From the NCBI GenBank assembly GCA_020852965.1, contig JADYZV010000052.1, positions 20,989 through 84,988 of the forward strand: a stretch of DNA of 64,000 nt, in the 5' to 3' direction. The notes below the pieces were generated by a model, which saw only the letters and a program-made list of their open reading frames with translations, ran no database searches and had not been told where the DNA came from. A program made the translations under genes and the position numbers. This stretch comes from Pirellulaceae bacterium (GTDB lineage Bacteria; Planctomycetota; Planctomycetia; Pirellulales; Pirellulaceae). Positions 55,053-64,000 of this stretch are shown piece after piece (positions within the stretch are counted from its first letter, which is position 1; each line of letters begins with the position of its first letter).

Positions 55053-57503
55053 CTAACGGCGGAGGTTGAGAAGTTCGTCGAACAACTGCTGCGTGGCAGT
55101 TATAACGCGAGAATTGCTTCTGTACTGTGTCGACGCCAGTACGAGCGTCACCAAGTCCTTGCCGATATCGGTGTTGGATAGCTCGCGGGCACCGGCCACC
55201 ACGGTGCCAATACCGTTCTCGCCTGGCCTGCCTTGAATGGGCAAGCCTGTGTTGACTCCTTGGGCGTACAAGTTCTGACCACGCTGTTCAAGCCCTTCAG
55301 GGTTGGTGAAGCGGGCTAGTTGTATCTGCCCAAGATCTCGGGAGATACCATTGCTGAACACCCCGCGAACCGTGCCGTCTTCACCGATGACGTAGCTGGT
55401 GAGCGAACCGGGAGGCGAACCGTCCTGTCGAGCTGCGGCCAGACTGGCTTTGTCCGTTGCCAAGCCAGAAACCGATGAGAAATCAAGTTCAAACTGCATC
55501 GGCGACACGCTCGGCGTGTTGTATCGGTCGATCGACACCGTCGAATTGGTCGATGATATGAAATTGCCGTTGCCATCAAAAGTGAGCACGCCGCTGCCGA
55601 CGGAAATGCCCGTCCCCGTGCGGGACGAGTTATCAGCCGAATCTGCATACCAACGGTAGGTCGTCGCCGAGTCGGTGCGTTTTTCAAGTACCGCCGTAAC
55701 GCGCGTACGGATTGGCTGACCAAGCGTGTCGTACGTAACGAAGTCCGAAACCGCGCTTTGTCCCTTAGCCTCTTGGACTGTACCGAATGCCAAGTTCGGG
55801 ACATCGACGACGCCGTTTTGATCCGTGATGCGGAAGCTGGTCAAATCGACGTCAACCGCATTGTCGACGCCGTTGTTCGATACGAAGCGTATCTGCCCAT
55901 TGCGAATATAGGCACCCGGTGCAAGCGTCCCCGTTTCGCCTTGAATGGTATTCTTGGAAACCGGTAAGGGATGCGTCGCATCGGTCGTGGTCGTTTGAAT
56001 TCCCATCGAACTTTGCATGAAACTTACCAAGTCTTGCACGGTTGAACTGGCCGTAATCGTGAAGTTCTTGGCCTCCAAGCTACGCCCACCCTTGCGAGCA
56101 CTGAACGACAGATTGCCAACTTTGAACGGCTCAGAGTACTCCAAGCCATCGCGGCGCGTGACGTTGACCAGCAATGTGTTACTGTCGATTGCAGGACCAT
56201 CCAAGTCGACCTGCTGATTGCCAACGATGGCCAAATTGCTGATCTCGGCGTCCGTCTTCGAATCGGTATAGTCCTGCCCCGGCGAAATTGAATCTACCAA
56301 GTAGAATGAATTCTGGTCGGTGGCGGTATTGCGATAAATGCGAATCGTATCGTAGGCGGGAAAACCTCCCGTCGCAGGCGGGACGGGAGGCGTCGGCAAA
56401 TTCGTCAAGTGAATTCGACCGTCGACAATATTTTGCGGGCCAACCAAGATCGAGGGTTTGGTCTCCGGATCTCCGGCGTGTTGATAGGTGATCATGTACG
56501 AGTAGTTGCCATTGAGCACGCCGTCGTCGAGCGTTGGGCCACCGACTACGCTGCCATCATCGTCGTAAGTACTTCCAGTCGCAACGGTTGCCAGTTGAAA
56601 GAACTCGCTCCCATTGGCGTCGGTGCGATAGATGCGAACCTGTGAGTACTGGCCAGGCGCGGTGGGGAGATTGGCCAACTGAATCTCGTTGTCAGGCAAT
56701 CCATTGCCGGTGGGAACGGTGACCGACAATGCTGCGCTGGGCACGCTCTCTTGGCCTGCCGCGTCGACGAAGGCAAAACGATATTGATACACAGCTCCCT
56801 CGACCAGCGTGCCCGATCCCTGGTTGTGCGAAACCGTGATGCCTGAAGTGGTGGCCGTATTACCGCTGGCGAGAAGTACGCCGCTGGCGTCGGGGCGTGG
56901 TATGGCCGCATCACCCAATACGCCACTTTGGATCACCTCGGCCGTGTCGGCAATGTCTCCGTTGGGAGTCAGCGAGCCTTCCATCGCAACGTTCTTGGTC
57001 GCTTGGGCGACCGATTCACTTCCCAAGGGAATGGCCAGTGGAGTCAATTGTGTCGTTTGAATTTTGAATTTATCGTCGATGCCGAAGCCCATCAGCCGGT
57101 TTCCCGTGGGGGTCACCAATTCGTTGGCGCTATTCAGGCTGAAAATTCCGGCGCGCGTGTACAATTGCTCATTTCCCGCCCCCTGCACGATGAACAGTCC
57201 ATCCCCTTGAATGGCTAGGTCGGATGGGCTGGAACTAATCTCGACCGTTCCTTGAGAGAAGTTGGGAGTGACAGCAGCAACTCGGACGCCCAACCCAGTT
57301 TGCCGCGGGTCAGTACCCCCATTGTCCGCAGTCGGGGAAGCGCCCAGAGAGAGCGTTTGCAAGAACTGTGTGGCAAAGACGACTTCCGAAGATTTGAAGC
57401 CGACGGTTTGCGAGTTGGCGAGATTGTTTCCCAACACATCGATCTGTTTCTCAGCCGCGTTGAGCCCAGTGAGCGATGTGCTGAGTGACGATGCAAGACC
57501 CAT
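55053..57503 (-). CDS. flgE: Flagellar hook protein FlgE with a large internal insertion
   Basis: N-terminal GNNLANSQTVGFK, DLAIQGDGLF, YTRAG.F; C-terminal ELSNTD...Q..Y..NSRVI; 816 aa; follows flgD. Confidence 0.92.
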   Translation of the reverse strand: MGLASSLSTSLTGLNAAEKQIDVLGNNLANSQTVGFKSSEVVFATQFLQTLSLGASPTADNGGTDPRQTGLGVRVAAVTPNFSQGTVEISSSPSDLAIQGDGLFIVQGAGNEQLYTRAGIFSLNSANELVTPTGNRLMGFGIDDKFKIQTTQLTPLAIPLGSESVAQATKNVAMEGSLTPNGDIADTAEVIQSGVLGDAAIPRPDASGVLLASGNTATTSGITVSHNQGSGTLVEGAVYQYRFAFVDAAGQESVPSAALSVTVPTGNGLPDNEIQLANLPTAPGQYSQVRIYRTDANGSEFFQLATVATGSTYDDDGSVVGGPTLDDGVLNGNYSYMITYQHAGDPETKPSILVGPQNIVDGRIHLTNLPTPPVPPATGGFPAYDTIRIYRNTATDQNSFYLVDSISPGQDYTDSKTDAEISNLAIVGNQQVDLDGPAIDSNTLLVNVTRRDGLEYSEPFKVGNLSFSARKGGRSLEAKNFTITASSTVQDLVSFMQSSMGIQTTTTDATHPLPVSKNTIQGETGTLAPGAYIRNGQIRFVSNNGVDNAVDVDLTSFRITDQNGVVDVPNLAFGTVQEAKGQSAVSDFVTYDTLGQPIRTRVTAVLEKRTDSATTYRWYADSADNSSRTGTGISVGSGVLTFDGNGNFISSTNSTVSIDRYNTPSVSPMQFELDFSSVSGLATDKASLAAARQDGSPPGSLTSYVIGEDGTVRGVFSNGISRDLGQIQLARFTNPEGLEQRGQNLYAQGVNTGLPIQGRPGENGIGTVVAGARELSNTDIGKDLVTLVLASTQYRSNSRVITATQQLFDELLNLRR

Positions 57504-57566
57504 CGCAGTTCCCTCGTTGTAATTGGAGCGAGGTGCCTGCTAATGGCGCAATGCCAGCATCCTCGA

Positions 57567-58001
57567 TTACGTTTCGACAATTTCACGAATGTTAGAGATA
57601 TCGACCACTGAGTCTCCAATGTGTACTGATACTGTGCGTTTGCTGGAATCTTTTGCGTCGGTTTGAACCGACACGCGATCGACCTTCCCCTCGACGTCTT
57701 TCGCGTTACTGTCGAGCGCCTTGACGGTTTTCCCAATCATCGAGCTAGCCATCGAGAGCTCTTGCCCGGCTGCTAGATTGGACAAAGTAGAAGTGAGGCG
57801 GTCGTTCGAGCCAATTTCGCGGATTTGGCTCATTTGAGTCAACATCTGCGAATTGTCCATCGGTTGCAACGGATCTTGATTCTGCATTTCGGTGAGCAGT
57901 AGACCTAGAAACTGGTCAGTGTCTAGGTCAGCCATCCCGTTCCCATTGCTTTTGGTAGCCAAACTACTGGAGGAACCGCCTACGCCTGGAATGCTAGTCA
58001 T
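57567..58001 (-). CDS. flgD: Flagellar hook capping protein FlgD
   Basis: DQFLGLLLTEMQNQDPLQPMDNSQMLTQMSQ. Confidence 0.95.
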   Translation of the reverse strand: MTSIPGVGGSSSSLATKSNGNGMADLDTDQFLGLLLTEMQNQDPLQPMDNSQMLTQMSQIREIGSNDRLTSTLSNLAAGQELSMASSMIGKTVKALDSNAKDVEGKVDRVSVQTDAKDSSKRTVSVHIGDSVVDISNIREIVET

Positions 58002-58091
58002 CGTTCATGTTTCCTGAGAATTGGATGCGTCACCAAGCTTGAATCCATAGGTGTTATGTGACGCTTAAGTCAAGAGATAATCGCTATGGGC

Positions 58092-58150
58092 TGGTGCTTG
58101 GTGCTTGGTGCTTGGTGCTTGGTGCTTAGTGCTTGGTGCTTGGTGTTTGG
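58092..58150. repeat. Heptamer array (TGGTGCT)~8
   Basis: Read directly; between fliK and flgD. Confidence 0.92.
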
Positions 58151-58260
58151 GCGACGACGTCACTTTGAATTTGCCACTTGGACGTTAGCCTCAGCTTAAC
58201 TCGGGAGCCGTGGCTACCGACAAAACGGTTAAAGCACGGAACGACTCCAGAGAGGCCTGC

Positions 58261-60051
58261 TTACGCTTGTAAATCGACACCTGCTAGCATTTGCCACGCT
58301 AGTTCACGTGGGGCGATACCATCGATCGCGGCATCATATCGTCCAGGGCGTTGCTGCTGCGCGGCCAAGCGGCGATAGTCCACTTCGCGGCTCGTTTGCT
58401 GCCCGCCTTCTCCGCCATGGGATTGGTCATACGACGCTTGCGGATTGCCATTTCCGCTGGCTGCATCGGCATTGTTGTCTGCAACTTCAACGTGAAAGGA
58501 ACTAATCTGGAAGCCCTGCTCTGCCAGTCGACTACGCAAACTAGGCAGGCTCTCCAGAATGACATCGCGCGCGGTGCTTGTTTCCGTGGTCAGTTTGGCC
58601 GTCATCGTACGCCCCTCCATACGGACCTGGACATTGAGCGACCCCAGTTGCGGAGGGTGGAGTCTGATATTGATTTGCCCACCCATCGGTCCCAACCGAG
58701 AAAAGCTGCGCGAGACACGCTGCACCAATCGCACACGCTCGGCTTGCGTAAGCGCATCGGGACGCTGCGTTTCGTTGGTAGCCGGCTTGGCGTCTGCACG
58801 CTGAGCCGCTGTGGCATTGCTCTTCGTTTCGACACCCTCGGGAGCCGTGGTCGAGTTTGCACCCAGATCACCACCAAGCGAGCTCGCCGAGTCCATTGGG
58901 ATGACCGCTGAGGATGCGTTGGCAACACTGGCGACCGCAGTTTCTGCCGCAGTCATTGACGCACCTACGGGGACGATCGCAGAATCTAGTGACTGGCTGA
59001 CGGAATCGGCTGGATGATTAGGCTGCTCCATTGCAGCAGCGCTATCCGCAGTTGCCGCAGCGGTGTCGTCTTCGCCGCCGTGATTGTCGGGCGTTGGGGC
59101 AGCCTGGCCTGCTTCGTTGGCGGAATTATGCTGTGCACCGAACGTTGAGGGCCTATCGGCAGCGCGTTCAAACCACTTCTCCCTGCGATCGCCACGCGAC
59201 TTTCCCTCGCCTGAGGTGGCTACGGCGAAAGCTTTTTGACCGTTTTGAGATTCGCCTGCATCGGCGGCAAAATGCGAACCAGACTCAGCATGGACTCGCT
59301 CGCCTTCGCGTGCACTAGGCGCCTCGGCTGAGTCGTTGGTGAGGAGCTCGGCCTGCTCTGGCGTTTGCGCCTGCGCTACTTGATACCCTCCCTGGTCGCC
59401 CCCCTGCCCTTCCCCTGAATGAGTCGACGAAACACTGACCGACTGTCCGTCGGCGCTGGGCGCTGTTGTGCCAGCACCTTCAGCCTCAAGACCCTTTTGC
59501 GGTTGGTCGGTGGCAGAATCAGCCTCGTTTGCCTGCAATGTCGATCGTTTACTGGCGTTTCCAGTATCCTTCGAGTTCTGAGCGGATTGCTCCTTGGGGA
59601 CAGCTAAGGCATCGATGGTGCCATCTGCCGTCGCGTCGTCGTCCGTTGTTTGGATCGCAGCGGGTTCAATGGCGGGAGTGGTGTTTAGCAGAGCGAGCTG
59701 TCCTTCAGTCGCTCCGTTTTCCGCCTTATCTTCAGCGGTCGACTCCACGTCATCAGTTTCGTTTTCGCTCCGCTCATCTACCGAACTTGACTTCGCGGCG
59801 GATGTGCTATCACTCGCCGACTGGTTTGCCGAATCACTTCGATGATTTGACCTGCTCGGGGGATCGATGTCGCTGGACCGAGCTGCGGAAGTCGGCTCGC
59901 GCTGCGCACTCAGCGGCGCAGGTAGGCTCAACAATTGTTCAAACAGACTCGACTGAAGCGATTGCGCGCTGCCGGCGCTGGAGCTCAGATGAAAGCGCGC
60001 AGAAGTCCTGCGCGTGGAATCAGCGCTCAATGATGGTATTGCCCCGTCCAT
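58261..60051 (-). CDS. fliK: Flagellar hook-length control protein FliK
   Basis: Long Ala/Ser/Asp-rich region, then IRLHPPQLGSLNVQV...L..LRSRLAEQGFQI. Confidence 0.92.
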   Translation of the reverse strand: MDGAIPSLSADSTRRTSARFHLSSSAGSAQSLQSSLFEQLLSLPAPLSAQREPTSAARSSDIDPPSRSNHRSDSANQSASDSTSAAKSSSVDERSENETDDVESTAEDKAENGATEGQLALLNTTPAIEPAAIQTTDDDATADGTIDALAVPKEQSAQNSKDTGNASKRSTLQANEADSATDQPQKGLEAEGAGTTAPSADGQSVSVSSTHSGEGQGGDQGGYQVAQAQTPEQAELLTNDSAEAPSAREGERVHAESGSHFAADAGESQNGQKAFAVATSGEGKSRGDRREKWFERAADRPSTFGAQHNSANEAGQAAPTPDNHGGEDDTAAATADSAAAMEQPNHPADSVSQSLDSAIVPVGASMTAAETAVASVANASSAVIPMDSASSLGGDLGANSTTAPEGVETKSNATAAQRADAKPATNETQRPDALTQAERVRLVQRVSRSFSRLGPMGGQINIRLHPPQLGSLNVQVRMEGRTMTAKLTTETSTARDVILESLPSLRSRLAEQGFQISSFHVEVADNNADAASGNGNPQASYDQSHGGEGGQQTSREVDYRRLAAQQQRPGRYDAAIDGIAPRELAWQMLAGVDLQA

Positions 60052-60121
60052 AACGTCCCCCCGGACTTTGGAATTTCAACGCACCTGCCAATTCAACATC
60101 GGCTTATGCGGGTGGGGAAGT

Positions 60122-60784
60122 CTAGTCGAACGCGTTTTCTGCCCGCGCCTTTTCAATTAAACTAGCCTTGGGGTCGCCCCGCCGCAGCGTGCTGAGGATT
60201 TCATTCAGCTTGGCGGTCTCTTCGGGGGTGGTGAACTCCCCCAGTACTTTCTTGCGTTTATCCAGAGGCATGCCTTTAACAATCGCGACTACGTCATCCA
60301 TTTTATCGTCATTCAGAAATGTGATGAGCTGGTCCTTGGCCAGTTCTGGGGACAGTATTTCAAGCGTGCGTTGGACCTCCTTTAGGCTTTCATTGGCCAA
60401 ATCCTGTTGAGTCGTTTCAAGAAAACGGTAGAAATCGTTTTTGCGTCGATCAAAATTGGCAATTACCAGTTTGTGCTCGCTCAGCAACTCTTCCACTTGA
60501 CGTTTGTACTGCAGGATGGAACGCTCGCGCATATCGAGGCTCTTGCTCTGGCTGGCCCGCTCCGATTCGACATCTTCGTAGGTTGGATTGGGAGACTGCT
60601 TGGACTGCTCGAGCATTTTCTGCAATTGGTCGCCGGTAATGTCGACTCCATTGAGTAGCGCGATCGCCTTGAGAATAGTCACCTTATTCAGATTTCCGCG
60701 CACGGCTGCCATCGCCAAGACTATTCCCTGGGCGAGTACCGTCCCAATGCAGAACGCGACGAAGAGTTTAGTGAGCATGCGCAT
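60122..60784 (-). CDS. MotE/YlxF-like flagellar protein
   Basis: N-terminal TM helix, coiled coil and MgtE_N-like repeats (L..LSPELAK..; VKGMPLDKRKKVL); sits between fliJ and fliK as ylxF does in Bacillus. Confidence 0.65.
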   Translation of the reverse strand: MRMLTKLFVAFCIGTVLAQGIVLAMAAVRGNLNKVTILKAIALLNGVDITGDQLQKMLEQSKQSPNPTYEDVESERASQSKSLDMRERSILQYKRQVEELLSEHKLVIANFDRRKNDFYRFLETTQQDLANESLKEVQRTLEILSPELAKDQLITFLNDDKMDDVVAIVKGMPLDKRKKVLGEFTTPEETAKLNEILSTLRRGDPKASLIEKARAENAFD

Positions 60785-60799
60785 GTCGGCACTCCGCAA

Positions 60800-61252
60800 T
60801 TAGGACGATTGTGATTCTTTCCAATACTTGAAGCCGGCCCATTGGTCGATCGCAGTTTGTTCGCGCTGCGCCTCTAACGTATTCCATTGGGCTCGCTGTT
60901 TGTCGCGCAGCTTTTCGAGCGATCGCAGCGCTTGCTCCTGATTGACCAGTTTCAATCGCCGCTTTTCGCACTCGGTCTCGATCAGAGCGATCTGCTCTCG
61001 AAGCTGGCTGACTTGTTGTAGTAAGTGCAATTGATAGCGTTGTGATTCGATCAGTCGCTGCGTGTTGATGGCTCCGACACTCGACGCCGACTGAAGCGGT
61101 ACTTGCTGCGCATGTTCCCGCAACAGCTCGTCGACTTGTCCCTCTACTTTGGTCTTGGCTGCCAGCGCTTCTTTGTACGAACCCGCTGCCGCATCGCGCT
61201 CCCGCTCTCGCAGGCCGACGATGTTCTGCATGCGAAACTTAAAATGCGACAT
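60800..61252 (-). CDS. fliJ: Flagellar export chaperone FliJ
   Basis: FKFRMQNIVGLRERE; LEKLRDKQ...E..EQ..ID; follows fliI. Confidence 0.88.
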   Translation of the reverse strand: MSHFKFRMQNIVGLRERERDAAAGSYKEALAAKTKVEGQVDELLREHAQQVPLQSASSVGAINTQRLIESQRYQLHLLQQVSQLREQIALIETECEKRRLKLVNQEQALRSLEKLRDKQRAQWNTLEAQREQTAIDQWAGFKYWKESQSS

Positions 61253-61254
61253 GG

Positions 61255-61370
61255 CTTGGTTCTTGGTTCTTAGTTCTTAGTTCTTAGTTCTTAGTTCTTG
61301 GTTCTTGGTTCTTGGTTCTTAGTTCTTAGTTCTTGGTTCTTGGTTCTTAGTTCTAGTTCTAGTTCTAGTT
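61255..61370. repeat. Mixed heptamer array (TTCTTGG/TTCTTAG)~14 plus (TAGTTC)x3
   Basis: Read directly; ends 2 nt upstream of the fliJ ATG. Confidence 0.92.
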
Positions 61371-61569
61371 TCTCTATCGACTTGTCGTGCGCGCTGCGCG
61401 GTTAAACATTCGATCGCTTCGACAAGCATACCTGGCTGCCGAAGAGCTCAGCCCTCACAGGTCATTTCGAATCACAAACTGATGAACTTAAGGTTGTTGG
61501 CGTTAGCCAAGGTTGACTGTGTACGAGCCGTGGCAATCGCCAAACCGGCTAGTACAGGAGTGCGATGCA

Positions 61570-62937
61570 CTATTTTTTGTCGGCTTGCATGGCTGGTGGA
61601 GCGTTGCATTGCGTACCCAACTGGTTTAAGGCGGCGAGGCTGACGTTCCACGGAGCGATCTCACGGGCAGGTTGACTGAGGAACTGCTCGATCTGAGGCT
61701 GCATGGTAATGGCGCGATCAATCTGCGGGTTGGAGCCGCGCTGATAAGCGCCGATGGAAATGAGATCTTCGTTGTCGCGAAAGACAGAGATCGAATTGCG
61801 TAGGGCCGTAGCCGACTTGAGCTGTATTTCATCAGCCAAGTGGCTTTGCAAACGACTGAGCGAGCTCAGGACGTCGATAGCTGGATAGCGACCGCGATGT
61901 GCAATATCGCGCGAAAGGACGAAGTGACCGTCGAGCAGTCCGCGCAGGGTATCGCTAATCGGTTCGTTGTTGTCATCCCCTTCGACGAGTACGGTGTAGA
62001 TGCCCGTGATGGTGCCACGCGGGCCAGTCCCCGAGCGTTCGACCAATCGCGGCAACATCGAGAATACGCTCGGTGGATACCCTCGCGTCGTTGGAGCTTC
62101 ACCGGCAGCCAGACCGATCTCGCGTTGAGCCATGGCAAAGCGCGTGACGGAGTCCATCATCAACAGCACGTTCTTACCTTGATCACGAAAGTACTCGGCG
62201 ATGGCCGTCGAAGTCATAGCAGCATGTACGCGACGCAACGCGGGTTGATCGCTGGTGGCCACGACCGTGACACATTTTTTACGAGTCACTTCGTCGAGTT
62301 CTCGCTGCAAGTACTCTTGGACTTCACGACCGCGTTCGCCCACGAGTCCGATGACGACGACTTCGGCATCGGTACCGCGCGCCATCATACCCAGCAGCGT
62401 GCTCTTGCCGACGCCCGAGCCAGCAAAGATGCCAATGCGTTGGCCACGCCCGAGTGTCAATAGGGTGTCAATCGTACGCACCCCCGTCGTCAACACTTGG
62501 TCGATGGGAGGACGCTGCATCGCGGTGATGGGTGGCGCATCCAGAGGGACTTTGGTCAGGGTCGGGATCGGCCCGAGATCATCGATAGGGTTCCCCGAGG
62601 CATCGATCACTCGGCCGATCATGCCAGGCCCGACTCGAAGGGTTGCGATCGAATCACGCAGCACAACCTTGTCGCCCGGTGCGATGCCATCGGAGCCATC
62701 GAGCGAAGCCAATAACGTGATAGCGCCTTGGAAACCGATCACTTCGGCTGGTATGGCCGCGCGGCCGCGGCGTTGAATCTGGCAGACGGCACCGACGGGA
62801 ACGGGCAGGGCAACGGCTTCGATCGCGTTGCGTCCGACCGACCAGATCGTCCCTTCGACTCCGCTCGGAATTGCATTGTCGAGTGCATGGACGAGCCGCT
62901 CGAGCTCGACATGTTGTGGAAGCGTTAACGCTGTCAT
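61570..62937 (-). CDS. fliI: Flagellar type III export ATPase FliI
   Basis: GQRIGIFAGSGVGKST, GERGREV, MDSVTRFAMAQRE and YPAIDVLSSLSR. Confidence 0.95.
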   Translation of the reverse strand: MTALTLPQHVELERLVHALDNAIPSGVEGTIWSVGRNAIEAVALPVPVGAVCQIQRRGRAAIPAEVIGFQGAITLLASLDGSDGIAPGDKVVLRDSIATLRVGPGMIGRVIDASGNPIDDLGPIPTLTKVPLDAPPITAMQRPPIDQVLTTGVRTIDTLLTLGRGQRIGIFAGSGVGKSTLLGMMARGTDAEVVVIGLVGERGREVQEYLQRELDEVTRKKCVTVVATSDQPALRRVHAAMTSTAIAEYFRDQGKNVLLMMDSVTRFAMAQREIGLAAGEAPTTRGYPPSVFSMLPRLVERSGTGPRGTITGIYTVLVEGDDNNEPISDTLRGLLDGHFVLSRDIAHRGRYPAIDVLSSLSRLQSHLADEIQLKSATALRNSISVFRDNEDLISIGAYQRGSNPQIDRAITMQPQIEQFLSQPAREIAPWNVSLAALNQLGTQCNAPPAMQADKK

Positions 62938-63608
62938 TGGAGTTGTTCGACTAGTCGTTGGAGTTGGGCTTCGAGCTGTTGGTCGAGCTGACCATGGGAG
63001 GAGCGAACAACGCAGCCACCGAGGCTTATTTCAGGATCGGGGATGATCTCGACACCGACTGCCTGCGGTACCGACTTGGACATTTGTTGTAAGAATCTTC
63101 CAGCCACCGCAAAATCATCTGGATGGACCAGCACGCGCAGCTCGCGAACTTCACGCATGGCCACAATGGCTTCCTCCATCCACACCCGGAGTGTTTCGTC
63201 GTGATCTTGAGTTTCACGCCGCAAGATCTTCTCGGCCATGCGCGCGGCGAGTTGCACTGTTTGATTGCGCCATAGAGCGAGCCAGCCGCTGGTCTCTTGC
63301 GTCAACTGCTCGACGGTGGCCTGGCAAGCGGCAATGGCGGTCTTGCAACGCGAGTCGCTAAGCTGCTGCGCAGTGGTTTGAATATTCTGTTCGATCGTCG
63401 CTTTGGCCTGTGCGACTCCGTCCGCCTTGGCCTGTTCGCGAATGCCGTGCGCATCCTGCTTGGCTTGGGCTAAAATCGCCGCCGCTTCTTGCTGAATCTG
63501 TTCGAAGTAGTCGCGCGCTCGGCTCTGTACATCTTCAAGGTTGTACACGGCCGCTTGCGGATAGTCGCTGCCGCGCGCGAGTTGTTCGGATTTTAAGACT
63601 GCCGCCAT
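62934..63608 (-). CDS. fliH: Flagellar assembly protein FliH
   Basis: AxxxG(xxxG) coiled region, V.VHPDD and DPEISLGGCVVRS..G.LD; overlaps the fliI start. Confidence 0.9.
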   Translation of the reverse strand: MAAVLKSEQLARGSDYPQAAVYNLEDVQSRARDYFEQIQQEAAAILAQAKQDAHGIREQAKADGVAQAKATIEQNIQTTAQQLSDSRCKTAIAACQATVEQLTQETSGWLALWRNQTVQLAARMAEKILRRETQDHDETLRVWMEEAIVAMREVRELRVLVHPDDFAVAGRFLQQMSKSVPQAVGVEIIPDPEISLGGCVVRSSHGQLDQQLEAQLQRLVEQLQ

Positions 63609-63611
63609 ACG

Positions 63612-63804
63612 GGTTCTTGGTTCTTGGTTCTTGGTTCTTAGTTCTTGGTTCTTGGTTCTTGGTTCTTGGTTCTTGGTTCTTGGTTCTTGGTTCTTGGTGC
63701 TTGGTGCTTAGTTCTTAGTTCTTGGTGCTTAGTTCTTAGTTCTTAGTTCTTAGTTCTTGGCTCTTGGTGCTTGGCTCTTCGTGCTTGGTGCTTGGTGCTT
63801 GGTG
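63612..63804. repeat. Mixed heptamer array (TTCTTGG/TTCTTAG/TGCTTGG/TGCTTAG), ~27 units
   Basis: Read directly; ends 3 nt upstream of the fliH ATG. Confidence 0.92.
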
Positions 63805-63853
63805 AATCGGGAGCAAGATGTCAGCTCTATGTAGGAACGACCGACCATACCGC

Positions 63854-64000
63854 TCACGCTGCACGGCGAGCCGGCCTTGTACTGGACTCAAGGCCGTGTC
63901 GGGCATGTTCGAGTCGTGAGGCGTTCTCAACAATTCGTCGTTGGGCCTCGTCGACATCATTCAGTTGGATTGCACCGATTCGCTGCAGCCGCGACTCCAA
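63854..64000 (-). CDS. fliG: FliG-like C-terminal end (partial, gene continues beyond the window)
   Basis: Hand translation LESRLQRIGAIQLNDVDEAQRRIVENASRLE...* matches the FliG-C pattern G.V.L.DVE.AQ..IV...LE; position upstream of fliH. Confidence 0.7.
   Translation of the reverse strand: MESRLQRIGAIQLNDVDEAQRRIVENASRLEHARHGLESSTRPARRAA

Noticed and set aside
60070-60120. Sigma54- or sigma28-like motifs upstream of fliK
   Set aside because: The -12 element reads TTGA rather than TTGC and the sigma28 -35 spacing does not fit; too weak to report.
63736-63960. 74-aa ORF in the track
   Set aside because: It is an alternative frame over the FliG C-terminus and runs into the heptamer array.

Overview
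A 64-kb chromosomal segment of a planctomycete, most likely Pirellulaceae. The basis for that call is a PVC-type heme-binding CxxCH protein, a DUF1559 protein, HEAT and Gfo/Idh/MocA genes, and a eukaryote-like Ser/Thr kinase. Housekeeping genes include aceE, lpdA, rpsD, typA, leuA, asd, truA, accA and dtd. One IS1182-like element has 17-bp terminal inverted repeats. A periplasmic nitrate reductase operon (napD-napA-napB-napG/F-orf) lacks napC and napH and sits divergent from a tetraheme cytochrome c + NrfC-like + NrfD-like module. The window ends in part of a flagellar operon (fliG end, fliH, fliI, fliJ, motE/ylxF-like, fliK, flgD, flgE). The intergenic DNA is rich in structure: several REP-like hairpin families, mixed heptamer arrays abutting flagellar start codons, a complete leucine leader-peptide attenuator upstream of leuA, and an unannotated ~360-nt region with a sigma54 promoter, an upstream palindrome, GGA-loop hairpins and an intrinsic terminator (candidate novel sRNA). 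I saw no rRNA, tRNA or CRISPR array. All family assignments come from motif recognition by eye; no database searches were run.
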